Source: Lytechinus pictus
Taxonomy: Eukaryota
Assembly (NCBI RefSeq): GCF_037042905.1
Contig: NC_087250.1
Span: forward strand, 25,050,001-25,114,000
Direction of reading: 5' to 3'
DNA: 64,000 nucleotides
The position numbers and the translations under genes were made by a program. This document shows positions 39,701-50,499 of this stretch, piece by piece. Numbering within the stretch: the stretch's first letter is position 1; the number at the start of each line of letters is the position of its first letter. A model generated the notes under the pieces. It had not been told where the DNA came from. It searched no databases and worked only from the letters and a program-made list of their open reading frames with translations.

Positions 39701-39867
39701 GAGCTGAAACAGTGGCACGGAAGCTTGTGGACGAATTCATCTGCCGCTATGGAGTTCCTAATGAGATACATAGTGACCAGGGCAGGAACTTCGAGTCCAA
39801 CATCTTCAAAGAAGTGTGTCAACTACTGGGTGTCAGAAAGACAAGGACAGTACAACCCAAAGAGTGA
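36703..39867 (+). CDS. pol: Gypsy pol (protease, RT, RNase H, N-terminal integrase), -1 frame relative to gag
   Basis: LVDTGA protease; YLDD RT; DTDAS/TDH RNase H; H-H-CxxC and the ALDIMGP and HSDQG integrase motifs. Confidence 0.96.
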   Translation: MWKERPHEEEVQKEDERRGSDSSSRAIISELNKRSKVAPGGHGAAVEPGSTSPSIPNATQPIVTTRYNGEINKGILKGMYVPVTIGGTQLSFLVDTGATDTYISKSGYRKLQEKPTIKTTTEKVMLADGSQLEVDGKIHTEVIIGQGKARITLIVADICSDGVLGMDNLLQLGARLNLETATMETKWGSVQCRHEDNTRTCFRIIANEMYTIPAGREGIITGKVLDRVSDDVTGMVEASNDRRQLTQKGIIFARTLVRTSNGAVPVRVYNPTGSQRVIKKGTELGYLSAVSEPDIQASQLSSEEIDLPEYLTDLYERSIQEVPEQYHAPIAKLLTTYQDVFSKGDYDLGKTNLVKRTVDTGQTRPIKQRPRKHPFGQRDVIRKHVNDLLDRELIEPSDSPWAANIVLVRKKDGSQRFCVDYRQLNNVTIKDAYPLPRIDETLDALSGAKWFSTLDLASGYWQVELDTDAKKKSAFLADGGLYAWNVMPFGMCNAPATFERLMGQVLRGLHWETLLVYLDDVIVFGKSIDEEMVRLQQVFERLRQTGLKLKPKKCNLFKTSVSYLGHVVSAEGISTEKDKTETIRTWPRPESVREVRGFLGLASYYRRFVEGFARIARPLHQLTEKGRKFEWNQDCQEAFEELKHRLVTAPILVYPTEEGRFILDTDASNDGIGGVLSQIQNGQERVIAYGSRVLSKPERNYCVTRKELLAVVVYLKHYKQYLYGRHVQVRTDHGALRWLMNFRQPEGQLARWLEVISSYDIELIHRAGRIHSNADALSRRPCRQCKREGGCIYGGDTGNINVIKLRNDNLADIQEAQQEDPNINPVRNALVEGRKPSREEATAYLFKVKVLLDHWDQLDVKDGVLYRRWESGDGRDVRWRYVLPKALIPEVLQDLHSSPMAGHLGMTKTLHKVQERFYWVGMKEDVRSFIRQCPDCARRQKAGPGKTAPLQQRQIGYPMERIALDIMGPLPVTNDGNKYILVVADYYTKYVEAYAIPDERAETVARKLVDEFICRYGVPNEIHSDQGRNFESNIFKEVCQLLGVRKTRTVQPKE

Positions 39868-40639
39868 TGGGATGGTTGAAAGGTTCAACCGTACGCTGAT
39901 CAACATTCTTGCTACCCTATTGGATCCAGAGAAGCACCAGCGGAACTGGGACAGGTATATACCCTACGCCACAGCTGCATACAGGAGCTCCACGCACGAC
40001 ACAATCAAGGAGACTCCAAACATGATGGTGTTTGGCCGAGAGGTTTCACTGCCTATCGATTTGCAGTTCTCCAAACAGGATGGAAGTGAGTGGACGGACT
40101 ATGCTCAGCAGCTGAGGGAGAGAATGGAAGAGACGTACCAGAGGGCCCAGGAACGCAAAGGTGTTGAACTGCGACGCCAAAAGAGGAACTATGATCGGAA
40201 ATCAGATGGGAAACTCTATGAAGTTGGACAGTTTGTTTGGCTCCGCAACAATGCCAGGAAGAAAGGAGTCAGCCCCAAATTAGCACCCAAATGGGAAGGC
40301 CCCTACCAAGTGGTGTCCAGACTTTCCGACGTGACCTATCGTATCCAGATATCCCCCAGGAGCAAACTGAGAGTGGTCCACTTTGACCGCCTGAAGCTCT
40401 ACATAGGATCTGATGTACCAGATGCCTGGAGGACTCAGCCAGCAGACAGAACAGACGAGGTGACAACCGATCGTGAACCAGATGTTGTGAATGATGGACA
40501 ACCTACTCAGGCTTCTACTGAGACTACAGTGGAACCAGGAATTCCATTACCTGATGATTCTAGTGACTCAGACGTCAACCCTTCACGCTATCCAAGAAGG
40601 CAGAGAAGACCCCAGACTATTTCTATTGAACACTCATAA
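39850..40639 (+). pseudogene. Frameshifted C-terminal part of integrase
   Basis: YNPKSDGMVERFNRTL (catalytic E) and KWEGPYQV (GPY/F motif) continue in another frame after KTRT at ~39850. Confidence 0.88.
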
Positions 40640-41303
40640 CTTTCCATTTGCAGATAGATGTGGAACTGTACTCTAGCTGTTTCTAAAACTGACAAACTGT
40701 TAATATATATCGTTCTATGGATCTACTGCGTGGCATAACAGAAGACGCAAGGATTCTGACGGTTGAAGAATGAAATAATCAGATAGAAGCACTAATCCAC
40801 ACAAACTGTTGAACCGATGTGGAAAACAACTTAATTTCTACTGGACTTGTATATACTGTATATATAAATGTTTTCATATATTTTATGTCGTAGTGTAAGC
40901 CATTTATTTGTTTTGTGAAACACCACACCATTATCTGTTCGGATAATATTATTCAAGGAGGTGTCCTCGACTCACAGATACTTATGAAACTAATTTTGCA
41001 TAGAAGCACTCGCTGTAATGTTTATATTCAGAGTTAATGTCCACAGATTGAACATGTTTCATACAGCTAATGAGAATGATGATAATGTTGCTATCAATGA
41101 GAGCTCACAGAAATAAGTTATGGAAGATGTAGAGAGATTGATTGTACATAGTATCCATATAAGGAGTGTATACAAGAGGACATAACTCTCAGTATGATTA
41201 ATACAGCGATGCATATAATTCAATACATTTTGGTTCCTTTGTCAAATTGTTTGGAATCCCTCTGCTAATGTGAGGATAAAACAAATGTGAGGACACATTC
41301 CTT

Positions 41304-41315
41304 GAAGAGGGGGGC
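41304..41315 (+). promoter_or_regulatory. Polypurine tract
   Basis: gaagaggggggc immediately upstream of the 3' LTR start at 41318. Confidence 0.85.
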
Positions 41316-41970
41316 TGTGTAGCGAACCCGTTCGCTACGGTTTTTGGTTATAATGCAGTAAACGTAGATGGCGCTATAGCATTTGGTGCGTTAGAACTCA
41401 ATGATCGACTTACGCAACGCACTGCGTAAGGCAGCTCTCGGAGACTATAAATAGCGGAGTTTCGCAGTGATTTCGTCACTTCGACGCTGGCGGAAGTCGG
41501 AGTCGGACGAAGAACTCCATGCGCTCCTCTCCAACTGGGCTGAATCAAGAAAAGGTTTGGAAATGAACATTGCTCGCTTAATTTCTACTACTGCAAATAC
41601 AATTCTGGATAATTGGTGACGGTGTTAATGGTGATAACCTGTACAAATGCTGAACGATGATGTATAATTAAATTATGACCGTTGTCATAAACCAAATGTA
41701 ATCATCGTCTCCAACCTGTGTGATCTATGGAATCCGATTGACTTCTACAGTATAAGCCTTCCCATAGAGATTATACAGCTCCAATAGAAATCCCCTGTAA
41801 TTCTATATTTCACCTGTTCAGACTACCTCTCAACACTCCACCCCCATATATTTTGGGAAAACGGAACACGCCCGGGTCTCTACATAACGCCATACGGAAA
41901 CCGCTCGCATTAAGGATGGCTAGCAATTCATCAAGAGATGAAGGTGATAGAGGCAAGGGACAGGCCGGCC

Positions 41971-44900
41971 GCGAAATTATTTTTCCCACCGAGTTCTGGA
42001 CCAACATTTGAATATTCATGACTTGCGTCTTCGGATTGAGAGTACGCATGCGCGTGGACTTTGCCTCGACCAGTGCCGATCGTAAGCATTCACGTTGCTC
42101 AGAATGAATTAGCATCGTCAAATTACCGGTACCCTTACATAGTTACATATATAGGTCTTATAGGCTTAGATCTATATATATATATATATCCAATTCTTAA
42201 ACACTTAATAAACTAGCTGCATTAACTTTACCTCAACTCTGGACCTGTCTAATTAATTCCTAGTACTAATCAGTGTTTGTAGTGCCTTGATGCTCGGCCT
42301 TGGCCTTTAGGCGCCTTAATGCCTAGCTACTTGTTCAAAGCCTTGGCCTTGAGGATTTTGAGCCTTGAAATTTTAAGGCTTTTTCCAGGCATTTTGTATT
42401 TTGTACTTTCATTTGTTTTAAATAAGTAATTATAAATGTTTCAATTGTTTTTTATATATATATTTAATAACACTAATGGTCAATACTACCAATCACCAGT
42501 AACAGTAGCAGCAGCAGTAGTAAGTGTATACTAGCAGTGTCATCAATTGTAATTGTCACCATTGTCAAGAAATTCAAACAAAGAATACATCAGTTATGAA
42601 AAATAGCATTATGTATTGGTAATGTGTTGTAATCATATGATGATAATGACAGTAAATAATAATGGTCATGATCAAGATGACAAGAATAATTTTTACATCT
42701 GATTGCAATTTTGACAACAATTTTCAAACTTTAAACATAGCTAACTCTAAAGAACAATAACAAGGTTGATTTCTATTCCATTAGGATTTTCCTTGTATTA
42801 TTTTCTTTGGCCAACAATAATGTTTTAAGTCTTAATGATATTCTGAAAAGATTTGGTAAACTTGAACACAGTCTCCAATTTTGTCATATCCAAATGGGTT
42901 ATGTCAATGGCATGATGAGCCAGAAACTTTGAGGCCAAGCATGGCATATATAGAGCAAAATTTCTGTCCAAAAAAGAAGAAAGCGATTGAAGCGAGCGAG
43001 TGAACAAAACCTGTCCCCCTCTTTCTATAAGAAAAGCTAATTTTGCAATAGATTGTTTAAAAAATAATATCACATTTACTCCATCTTTTCCTTTCCCTTT
43101 CCCCCCTTGTCTAAGTTTATTCTTGGTGGTGGGACTTCTTCTTCTCTCTATCTCTCTTCTAAATTTTATAGTTGTTTTGGGTCACATTGACAAAACAAAG
43201 GGGAAAAAATGTTTACTTCTTTTTAATCATATATCGTTCAACATTGAATCTCATTTCTCTACAGTTTCAAGGAAATAAACAACATATTTGTTTTTGTGTC
43301 AATATGGTTTCAAGAAATAATAATTTAAAAAAATAATTCAATAATTATTAATATTATCAATAAGTATTTATAATTAATGATTAATTAACTGTTTAATAAA
43401 AGTGGTTGTAAGCAGAAAAAAATATGAAAACTGACAAGAGTCCTAAAAGTTACTCATTTTCAGTTTAAGCATTTGAAAATTTTAGCTTGCGCTTTGTGTT
43501 CTCTTGCCCCCCCCCCCAAAAAAAAAAATCCCACATTTCAAATGAAATGTGCCCTTTTTAAAAAAGAAATACCTTCTTTAATAATAAAACATAATACATT
43601 TTAGGTTCGAAAATCACAGATTTTGAATCGTGCTTGAATCAATTATTGTTTAGTACAGTACTGCTAATATAATGGTTACAAAAATGTATAGAATGTTGCT
43701 TTATGGTTGAAATATCACAAATATTTGGCTCGCTTCCTGCACTCGCATCAATGATTGTACTCGTTCTCTTCCCGTTCACAAAAAATGCTTAGAATGTCCA
43801 GTTTTCAGGTTGGAATATTACAAATTTTTGAGCTCGCGCTTTGCGCTCGCATTATTTTTTATTGGTGAGTTATGTATCTTATTTAAAATGCAGTAATTAA
43901 CTGCTTCCTTTACTGGTCAGTATATAAAAAGAATTAGCGAGCGCAAAGTTATTTTTTAGTTAGATACACATCTTTTTCATGATTACAAAACCAGCTCAGA
44001 ATAAAATAATTTCCATGTCTTATTACACGACATGTCAAGAAATTTGAGCTGGTGATTCGCGCTGGCAACATCGCGCAAGGAAATTTCAACAATGATTAGC
44101 CCCATAATTGACCATAAATCAAGTTTTACAACTTCATATTTTTTTTTTCAAAACCGCTTGCTCGCTATGCTTTCTCGCTGAGAAGTAAAACCTAAAGCAA
44201 AATATCTATCTTATGATTAAAAATCACTTTAGAAAGCCTTTGCTCAACTTAATTTCTATAAAACACACAATTACTTCACGCAGTTCATAATCTCATTTTG
44301 AAAATACATGTATCTGTTTGCACAAAAAAACTCATTTTGAAAAATGGGTGCCTTTTTGGCGTTGACCCCCCCCCCATAATAATTTTCTGCTGCCCCAGGC
44401 CCAGGGAGTGGAGACTGAAACATACGGTACGTTGAGAATGCCAGGATCAGATGACCGTGGTAATAATAATTATTGCAATGTAAATCGCCTATAGAAAAAT
44501 TATGGATTATGTGTACACAGGTAACTATATCATTACTTTGATATGTCTCTATCATGAAATTATTTTTGTTTTAAACAAAGGTTATTTTTTTTTTCTCGCT
44601 CAGTCCCCTCGCTCACATACATTTTACCATGTGTGATGTCTGCCGCCTAAGTATTGTTAGTTCATTGTTCTGTATATCGTAAGTTTGAAATGCCTTGGCC
44701 TTGAGGTTTTCAGGCCTTGGCCTTGGGTTTCCATGCCTTTGCCTTGGGTATTACAGCCTTGGCCTTGGGTATTACAGCCTTGGCCTTGGCCTTGGAGGTT
44801 TGAGCCTTGACTACAACACTGAATAGCCGACTAATGCCATGGTTAACTTCGAACTGGTTGATTCCGAACTTCACGTTTAATTAGGTTTAGACAAATATTA

Positions 44901-45183
44901 GCTTATTTGCCATGGTTTAATATGTCTAGTCCGTATACAAAACCAGTCCTAGATCTAAAAAAAAATTATCTTAGTTCTAGTCTAGTCTCTATATCTAGGT
45001 TAGACTCTGATCTACGCTGTATCAGCATGGAACCACTATAATTTGACGATGCTAATTCACGTGAATGCTTACGATCGGCACTGGTCGAGGCAAAATCCAC
45101 GCGCATGCGTACTCTCAATCCGAAGACGCAAGTCATGAATATTCATATGTCGGTCCAGAACTCTGTGGGAAAAATAATTTCGC
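41971..45183. mobile_element. Non-autonomous Mutator-like (MULE) DNA transposon
   Basis: ~150-bp TIRs (GCGAAATTATTTTTCCCAC...); 9-bp TSD AGGCCGGCC at 41962-41970 and 45184-45192, present only once in the 5' LTR. No transposase. Confidence 0.88.
42271..44821. mobile_element. hAT-like non-autonomous element nested in the MULE
   Basis: Ends CAGTGTTTGTAGT / ACTACAACACTG with subterminal GGCCTTG arrays at both ends; no clean 8-bp TSD. Confidence 0.6.
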
Positions 45184-45234
45184 AGGCCGGCCCCCCAGCA
45201 TCCAGGACCCGTTCTAAGACGGAGGGCCGCCACA

Positions 45235-45424
45235 GTAGCTTGTCCAGTACTGTGAGCGCCTCACTGGCGACTGACTAGAATACTTCCCAGGGAATGGAGG
45301 ATGTGCATACATTGTGTGCGGATATGACTGATTGAATCAGATGACCGGGGTAATAATATATCTGTAAAGCGCTTAGACACGTCGTTCCACTGTATTAAGC
45401 GCTATATAAAAGCGGATTATTAAT
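45235..45424 (+). mobile_element. SINE 3' part with L2-like tail
   Basis: Resumes at the right TSD; tail gtaaagcgcttagacac...aagcgctatataaa...attatta. Confidence 0.75.
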
Positions 45425-45922
45425 GGTAATTATCACTATATTTATTCCCCAGCAGTGAAAAACAATTAAAGATAAATATCTAACCATACTCATACAGTTG
45501 TAAACATCGTTATTTCTCAGCTATTAAATACCTATACATAATCGATTACAAACGATTTCTGAATTTCGCTATACTACTATATACATGGATTTGAAATTAT
45601 TCTACGCTCTTTGCCGTTCCGAAACAATGCTGATAATTAAATAAACCTTTCAATACAATATATACACTACTCAAAAAAAGTTAAGGACCACTTTTTAAAA
45701 CGTACATAAAGATTTTATACAAGGTGTTTTATTTCTGGAAATACCTCAGTACAACTGTCCTAAATGTCCTTAAACACGCTGTAATCAATTTCACGCATGG
45801 GTGGTTTCAGTTGTTGCACAATGTCTCTCGCATCACTGCACATCCTGAAAAGTGGGCCCCGAGGGGTATCAGCTACCGACATGAAGTGGTAAAAACGAAT
45901 GTCTGAGTGTCTTTCAGGCAGT

Positions 45923-46951
45923 TCAGTAACGAGTGTGACCACCTCCTGCAGCAATAACGGCTTCACAGCGCTGTCTCATGGAGCTGATGAGGCGATTGAT
46001 GTCTCTGACGTCCAGTGCATCCCATGCAGCCTCCAGAGCCACACCCAGCTGCTGCAGTCCAAGTGGATGGGCTTCGAGCTGCTCGGGACTCCTCCCCATC
46101 ATGTCCCAGACGTGCTCTATCGGGTTTAAGTCCGGGGACCTCGCTGGCCACTCCATACGCTCAATCCCCTGGCCCTCAAGGAACTCGGTCACCACCCTAG
46201 CTCGGTGGGCACGGGCATTGTCATCCATGAAAATGATGTTTTGTCCCACATTTTCTGCAAATGGCACCACTATAGGTTCAAGGACCTCATCCCTGTACCT
46301 CACTCCTGTCATTGCTCCCCCTGGGACCACGTAGAGACGAGTACGGTTGGCGTAGGTGATGCCTCCCCACACCATGACGCTGCCTCCCCCATAACGGTCA
46401 TGTTCTGCAATACAGGGGTCTGCAAATCTCTCTCCTGGTCGCCTCCAGACTCTCGAACGTCCATCATTGTGGTCAAGGGAAAATCTGCTCTCATCTGTGA
46501 ACAGAACTCTACGCCATTGCTGTCTGGTCCATCTGACATGCTCCCGGGCCCAGTTGAGACGAATTCTTCTGTGAGCAGGGGTGAGTGGGACACACTGAGC
46601 TGGCCGTCTGGCATGCATATTGGCTCTGTGAAGTCGGTTACGGATTGTTTGAGTGGAAACAATCACTCCAGTTGCTGCAGCGAAGTCATTGTTGAGGCGG
46701 CGTGCACTGTGAAAGCGGTTGCGGAGGCTGAGATTCGTCAAGTAGCGATCATCTCTAGGGGTTGTCGAAACTGGTCGGCCACTGCGGGGTCTCTCGGAGT
46801 ATAGCCCTGTCTCTCGGTGTCTTTGATTTGCTCTGCTAATGACACTGTGTGACACGCCCATCATTCTGGCTACTCTTCGCTGACTGAGGCCAGCTTCCAG
46901 CATCCCTAGGGCTCTGGCTACATCTGTTTCACTTAGGTGGTGTCTTGGCAT
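45923..46951 (-). CDS. Tc1 transposase, DD34E, intact 342-aa ORF
   Basis: HTH plus RSGRP, FTDESRF, GGGSVMVWGGI, DDNARAH and WPARSPDLNPIEHVW motifs; 34 residues counted between the second D and E. Confidence 0.96.
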   Translation of the reverse strand: MPRHHLSETDVARALGMLEAGLSQRRVARMMGVSHSVISRANQRHRETGLYSERPRSGRPVSTTPRDDRYLTNLSLRNRFHSARRLNNDFAAATGVIVSTQTIRNRLHRANMHARRPAQCVPLTPAHRRIRLNWAREHVRWTRQQWRRVLFTDESRFSLDHNDGRSRVWRRPGERFADPCIAEHDRYGGGSVMVWGGITYANRTRLYVVPGGAMTGVRYRDEVLEPIVVPFAENVGQNIIFMDDNARAHRARVVTEFLEGQGIERMEWPARSPDLNPIEHVWDMMGRSPEQLEAHPLGLQQLGVALEAAWDALDVRDINRLISSMRQRCEAVIAAGGGHTRY

Positions 46952-47345
46952 TGCTGTTGTAGGCAAGTTGTTGATTGTACAGACTAAAGACGGAAAATGC
47001 TTTGGAAGACACTTGTCTTATGGCCCACTGCAATGATGCCAGAGACATCATGAAAGAACTGCATGTGTGAAATTGATGTCATTGTGTTTGATGGCATTCT
47101 GGACAGCTGTATCTTGGCATTGCTATTGTCAGCAAGTTGTTGATTGTAGAGACTAAAGACAGAAAATGCTTTGGAAGCCACTTTTGTACGGGCACATTGC
47201 AATGATGCAAGAGACATGAAAGAACTGCATGTGTGAAATTGATTTCATTGTGTTTGATGGCATCCTGGACAGCTGTATCTTGGCATTGCTGTTGTCAGCA
47301 ATGCGTTGATTGTAGAGACTAAAGACAGAAAATGCATTTGAATCC
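46945..47345. repeat. ~170-bp tandem repeats (about 2.5 copies) in the Tc1 leader
   Basis: ttggcattgctgttgt...agactaaagac.gaaaatgc recurs at ~46945, ~47114 and ~47280. Confidence 0.85.
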
Positions 47346-48037
47346 ACATTTGTACCACTTCACAATGGGCCCACTTTTCAGGATATGCAATAATGCGAGA
47401 GACATCATGCAACAACTGAAACCACCCATGTGTGAAATTGTTACAGGGTGTTTGAGGAGATTCAAGACAGCCATATTCGGGTATTTCTAGAAATATAACA
47501 CCCGGTTTGAAAATTGTATACACACATTAAAAAGTGGTCCTTAACTTTTTTTGAGTAGTGTATATGTATATGATTCAAATAAATTCGGTAGCCCAGATTC
47601 ATTTGGGCAGCCCCCACCCCCCCCCCCCCCTCTCAAATGAATGAATGGGGTGAAATGGGTTGGGGAGTCATCATCATCATTATCATCATATTCAACCATA
47701 TTTATCATCATCCAAATATTCATCACATAGAGTCATCTTGTTGGTGCTCCTAAAACTGAAGGGCTTAACTTGAACTATGAACCTATACATGTTAATACCT
47801 GTCCAGGCAGGATCCTGGTTGCTATAACGACAGTGCAAGAGACGCACACAATAGTAAAAAGGCACTCTCCTGGTTCACAGCAAATCGGTATTATATTGAT
47901 TTTAGGATAAAGACAACAGACGGGAAGTATATAGCATCAGGGGCTAAAACAATTGCAAAAAAAGATTGAGAGCGAGAGTTTGATTGAATATAAAAGGCTA
48001 TATATATATATATATAGTAAAATGATTGGGCTATTTG

Positions 48038-48040
<3 letters not shown>

Positions 48041-48102
<62 letters not shown>
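48041..48102. repeat. (TA)n microsatellite
   Basis: About 30 TA units. Confidence 0.95.
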
Positions 48103-48105
<3 letters not shown>

Positions 48106-48897
48106 AATAGCCCAAATTTAAATGGCCAGCACCCCCTCAAAAAAGAGGGAGTAAGGGTATATAAGCTACTCAATTTTTTTGTCACGTGCGTTTCCTTTAC
48201 CGCAACTGCAAACAAAAATTATGTTGATTGGCATCTTTATATAAGTAAAGTATTAAGTTTGTCGTCGAGAAACCCATTAAAACAAAATCTAAAGAAAACT
48301 GAACACACTAATTAATTTTGCATTGTTTACGACTGTATATTCATTTTCTTGTACACATAAAATGTACATCCAAATATAAAGATATTTTCATCCTTTATTT
48401 TATTCCTTTAGTTTGTCATTTCTTTATGTTTTCATACCGATAATAGCCTATTGTAGCAATAATATACAACGTAAGTTAATGATTCAGTGTCATTATAGCT
48501 TGTTTCTTCGTTTTGAACATCAATTTTTTATATCGAAATGATTATGGTCTGTCTTAGAATCCATTATTACATCAACATTAACATGGTCATAATCATTGCT
48601 TTAACTTTCATCATCATCCAAATGGTCATCACATGCAGTCATCTAGTTTGTGCTCCTAAAAAGGAAGGGCTTAACTTGAACTATAAACCTATACACGTTA
48701 ACAACTGTGGAGACTATACGAGCAGGTTCCTGGTTGCTATAACGACAGTACAAGAGAGGAGCACTCTCCAGGTTCACAATAAATCGGTAAATAAATCGGT
48801 ATTGATTTTTAGCATGAAAACAATAGAAGGGAAATAGAGTATCGGGAAGATTCAACTCTCGCTCGACCATTCCCTAAAATCCCCGAACGGAAATGTG

Positions 48898-49645
48898 CAC
48901 TCTAAAAAGCGAAGAGCTACAAAGAGCTAATAGCTCTTAAAGATCAAGTCTACCTCAGAAAAATGTTGATTTGAATCAAAGAAAATTCAGACAAACATTA
49001 TGCTGAAAACTGGATCAAAACTCGGATGTAAAATAAGAAAGTTATGACATTTTAAAGGTTCGCTTATTTTTCACAAAATAGTTATATGCACAATTTAGTC
49101 ACATGCAAATGAGAGAATCGATGATTTCCTTCACTCACTATTTCTTCTTTTTTATTGTTTGAATTATACAATATTTCAGGACCAACCTGACTGAACCATG
49201 AAATGTTAAACAATGTTAATTCCACATGTTCAGGGAGAAATAAAACTTTGTTTCACAGGACAATGAGGAGGAAATTAGAATATTTCATATTTCATCTAAT
49301 GAAATGCAAAAGAAAGAGTGAGTGATGTCATCATTTCCCTCATTTGCATACCGACCATGATGTGCATATAAGCGAAACCTGAAGATGTCATAACTTTCTT
49401 ATTTTCCATCCGATTTTGATGAAATTTTCAGTGCTATGCTCGTTGGATTTTTCTCTTTTTTATTCAAATCAACTTTTTGTTGGGATGACTTGTCCTTTAA
49501 AGAGCGTGTATAGTGACTGCACTTCGGAGTGCTGATTTGTCTAGTTCAAATTTGAACGAGAAAAATCAGAACTCCGAAGTGCAGTCACTATACGCGCTCT
49601 TTAAGAGCTAAATTAGCTCTTTGTAGCTATTCGTTATTTAGAGTG
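48898..49645. mobile_element. CACT-ended palindromic MITE with a nested Kolobok-like MITE (48941-49496)
   Basis: CACTCTAAA...TTTAGAGTG with 2-bp TG flanks; the inner element duplicates TTAA. Confidence 0.8.
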
Positions 49646-50499
49646 TGGCAATGAGAGACAGATAGAGGGAAATCAAACAAGTATCAACCTGAAAATTTCA
49701 TCAAAATCAGATATAAATAAGAAAGTAATGACATTTTATTGTTATGTTTTTTTACAACAGTTATAATTATGCAAATCTTAGTCAGGAGCGCGTCGCCGAC
49801 ACGTTTGTGTTTTATAATTATGAATTATTTTAATATGGTCATAGTGATAAATTTGATTTGTATGATTTCACTGAACATCCTAACATTGAACATATACCGT
49901 AAGCGGGGTGCCCCCATCCTACGAAAAAGCCTGGATCTTGCCCTTTTCTATCTCTTTTCTCCTCTCGTTTTCTTCATTCACCCAACTCTCCGGCCCATTT
50001 TTTTTTCTCTTCGCATATTGCCACCATTTTCAGTGTCTTGCTGTCTACTCCTTATGTTTCTTCCTCCATTTCGTTACCTCTCTTTTTTCATCATTTTTTC
50101 CTCTTGTTGATATCCTTTTTGGCCATCCTTTTTATCGTTTTCATCTGTTACAAGTTCTTTTCTGTCTCTTCTTTTTATTTCCCCAATCTATCATCCCCTA
50201 TCCCCCTGTCACTTCTTCCTACCTTTTAGCTCGAATCAGTTCGAAATAATGGGTAAATACTAAACTGAAAATAATTTCCTTTTGTGGGCCATATATGGGC
50301 CTGCCGCACCGGAAGGGTTGGTCACATTTTCTTTCGTCACGCCAAAGAGCAGTCCCAGCTTTCATAAATGGGGGGGGGGGCGAAAATATTTTCATCTGCA
50401 TTTCCACGTCGCGGCCGCCTTTTTTCAAGGGTTAGTCCTGACTAAATTTTCATTCTTAGAAGCAAGATAAGGTATTTTATGTGACCTGGATATAAGTTG

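Larger units (their letters stand above)
34729..45234 (+). mobile_element. Full-length Ty3/Gypsy LTR retrotransposon (3' LTR interrupted)
   Basis: LTRs run TGT...ACA; 4-bp TSD GTAG at 34725-34728 and 45235-45238; PBS and PPT present; gag then PR-RT-RH-IN order. Confidence 0.97.
41318..45234 (+). repeat. Gypsy 3' LTR, split by a 3.2-kb insertion
   Basis: 41318-41970 and 45193-45234 rejoin into a copy that looks identical to the 5' LTR by eye. Confidence 0.95.
45665..47560 (-). mobile_element. Complete Tc1-family DNA transposon (1896 bp)
   Basis: TIRs CACTACTCAAAAAAAGTTAAGGACCACTTTT, extended as imperfect ~200-bp inverted repeats; TA flanks; transposase ORF inside. Confidence 0.96.

Noticed and set aside
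40640..41303. env-like third ORF in the Gypsy element
   Set aside because: No substantial ORF between integrase and the PPT.
46205..46804. 199-aa plus-strand ORF and other overlapping ORFs
   Set aside because: Antisense shadows of the Tc1 transposase with no independent evidence.
47937..48315. YIYIYI ORFs
   Set aside because: Translation of a (TA)n microsatellite.
49739..50249. Phe/Leu-rich 'membrane protein' ORFs (also 53339-53670 and 55539-55967)
   Set aside because: Low-complexity pyrimidine or purine tracts with no homology or exon support.
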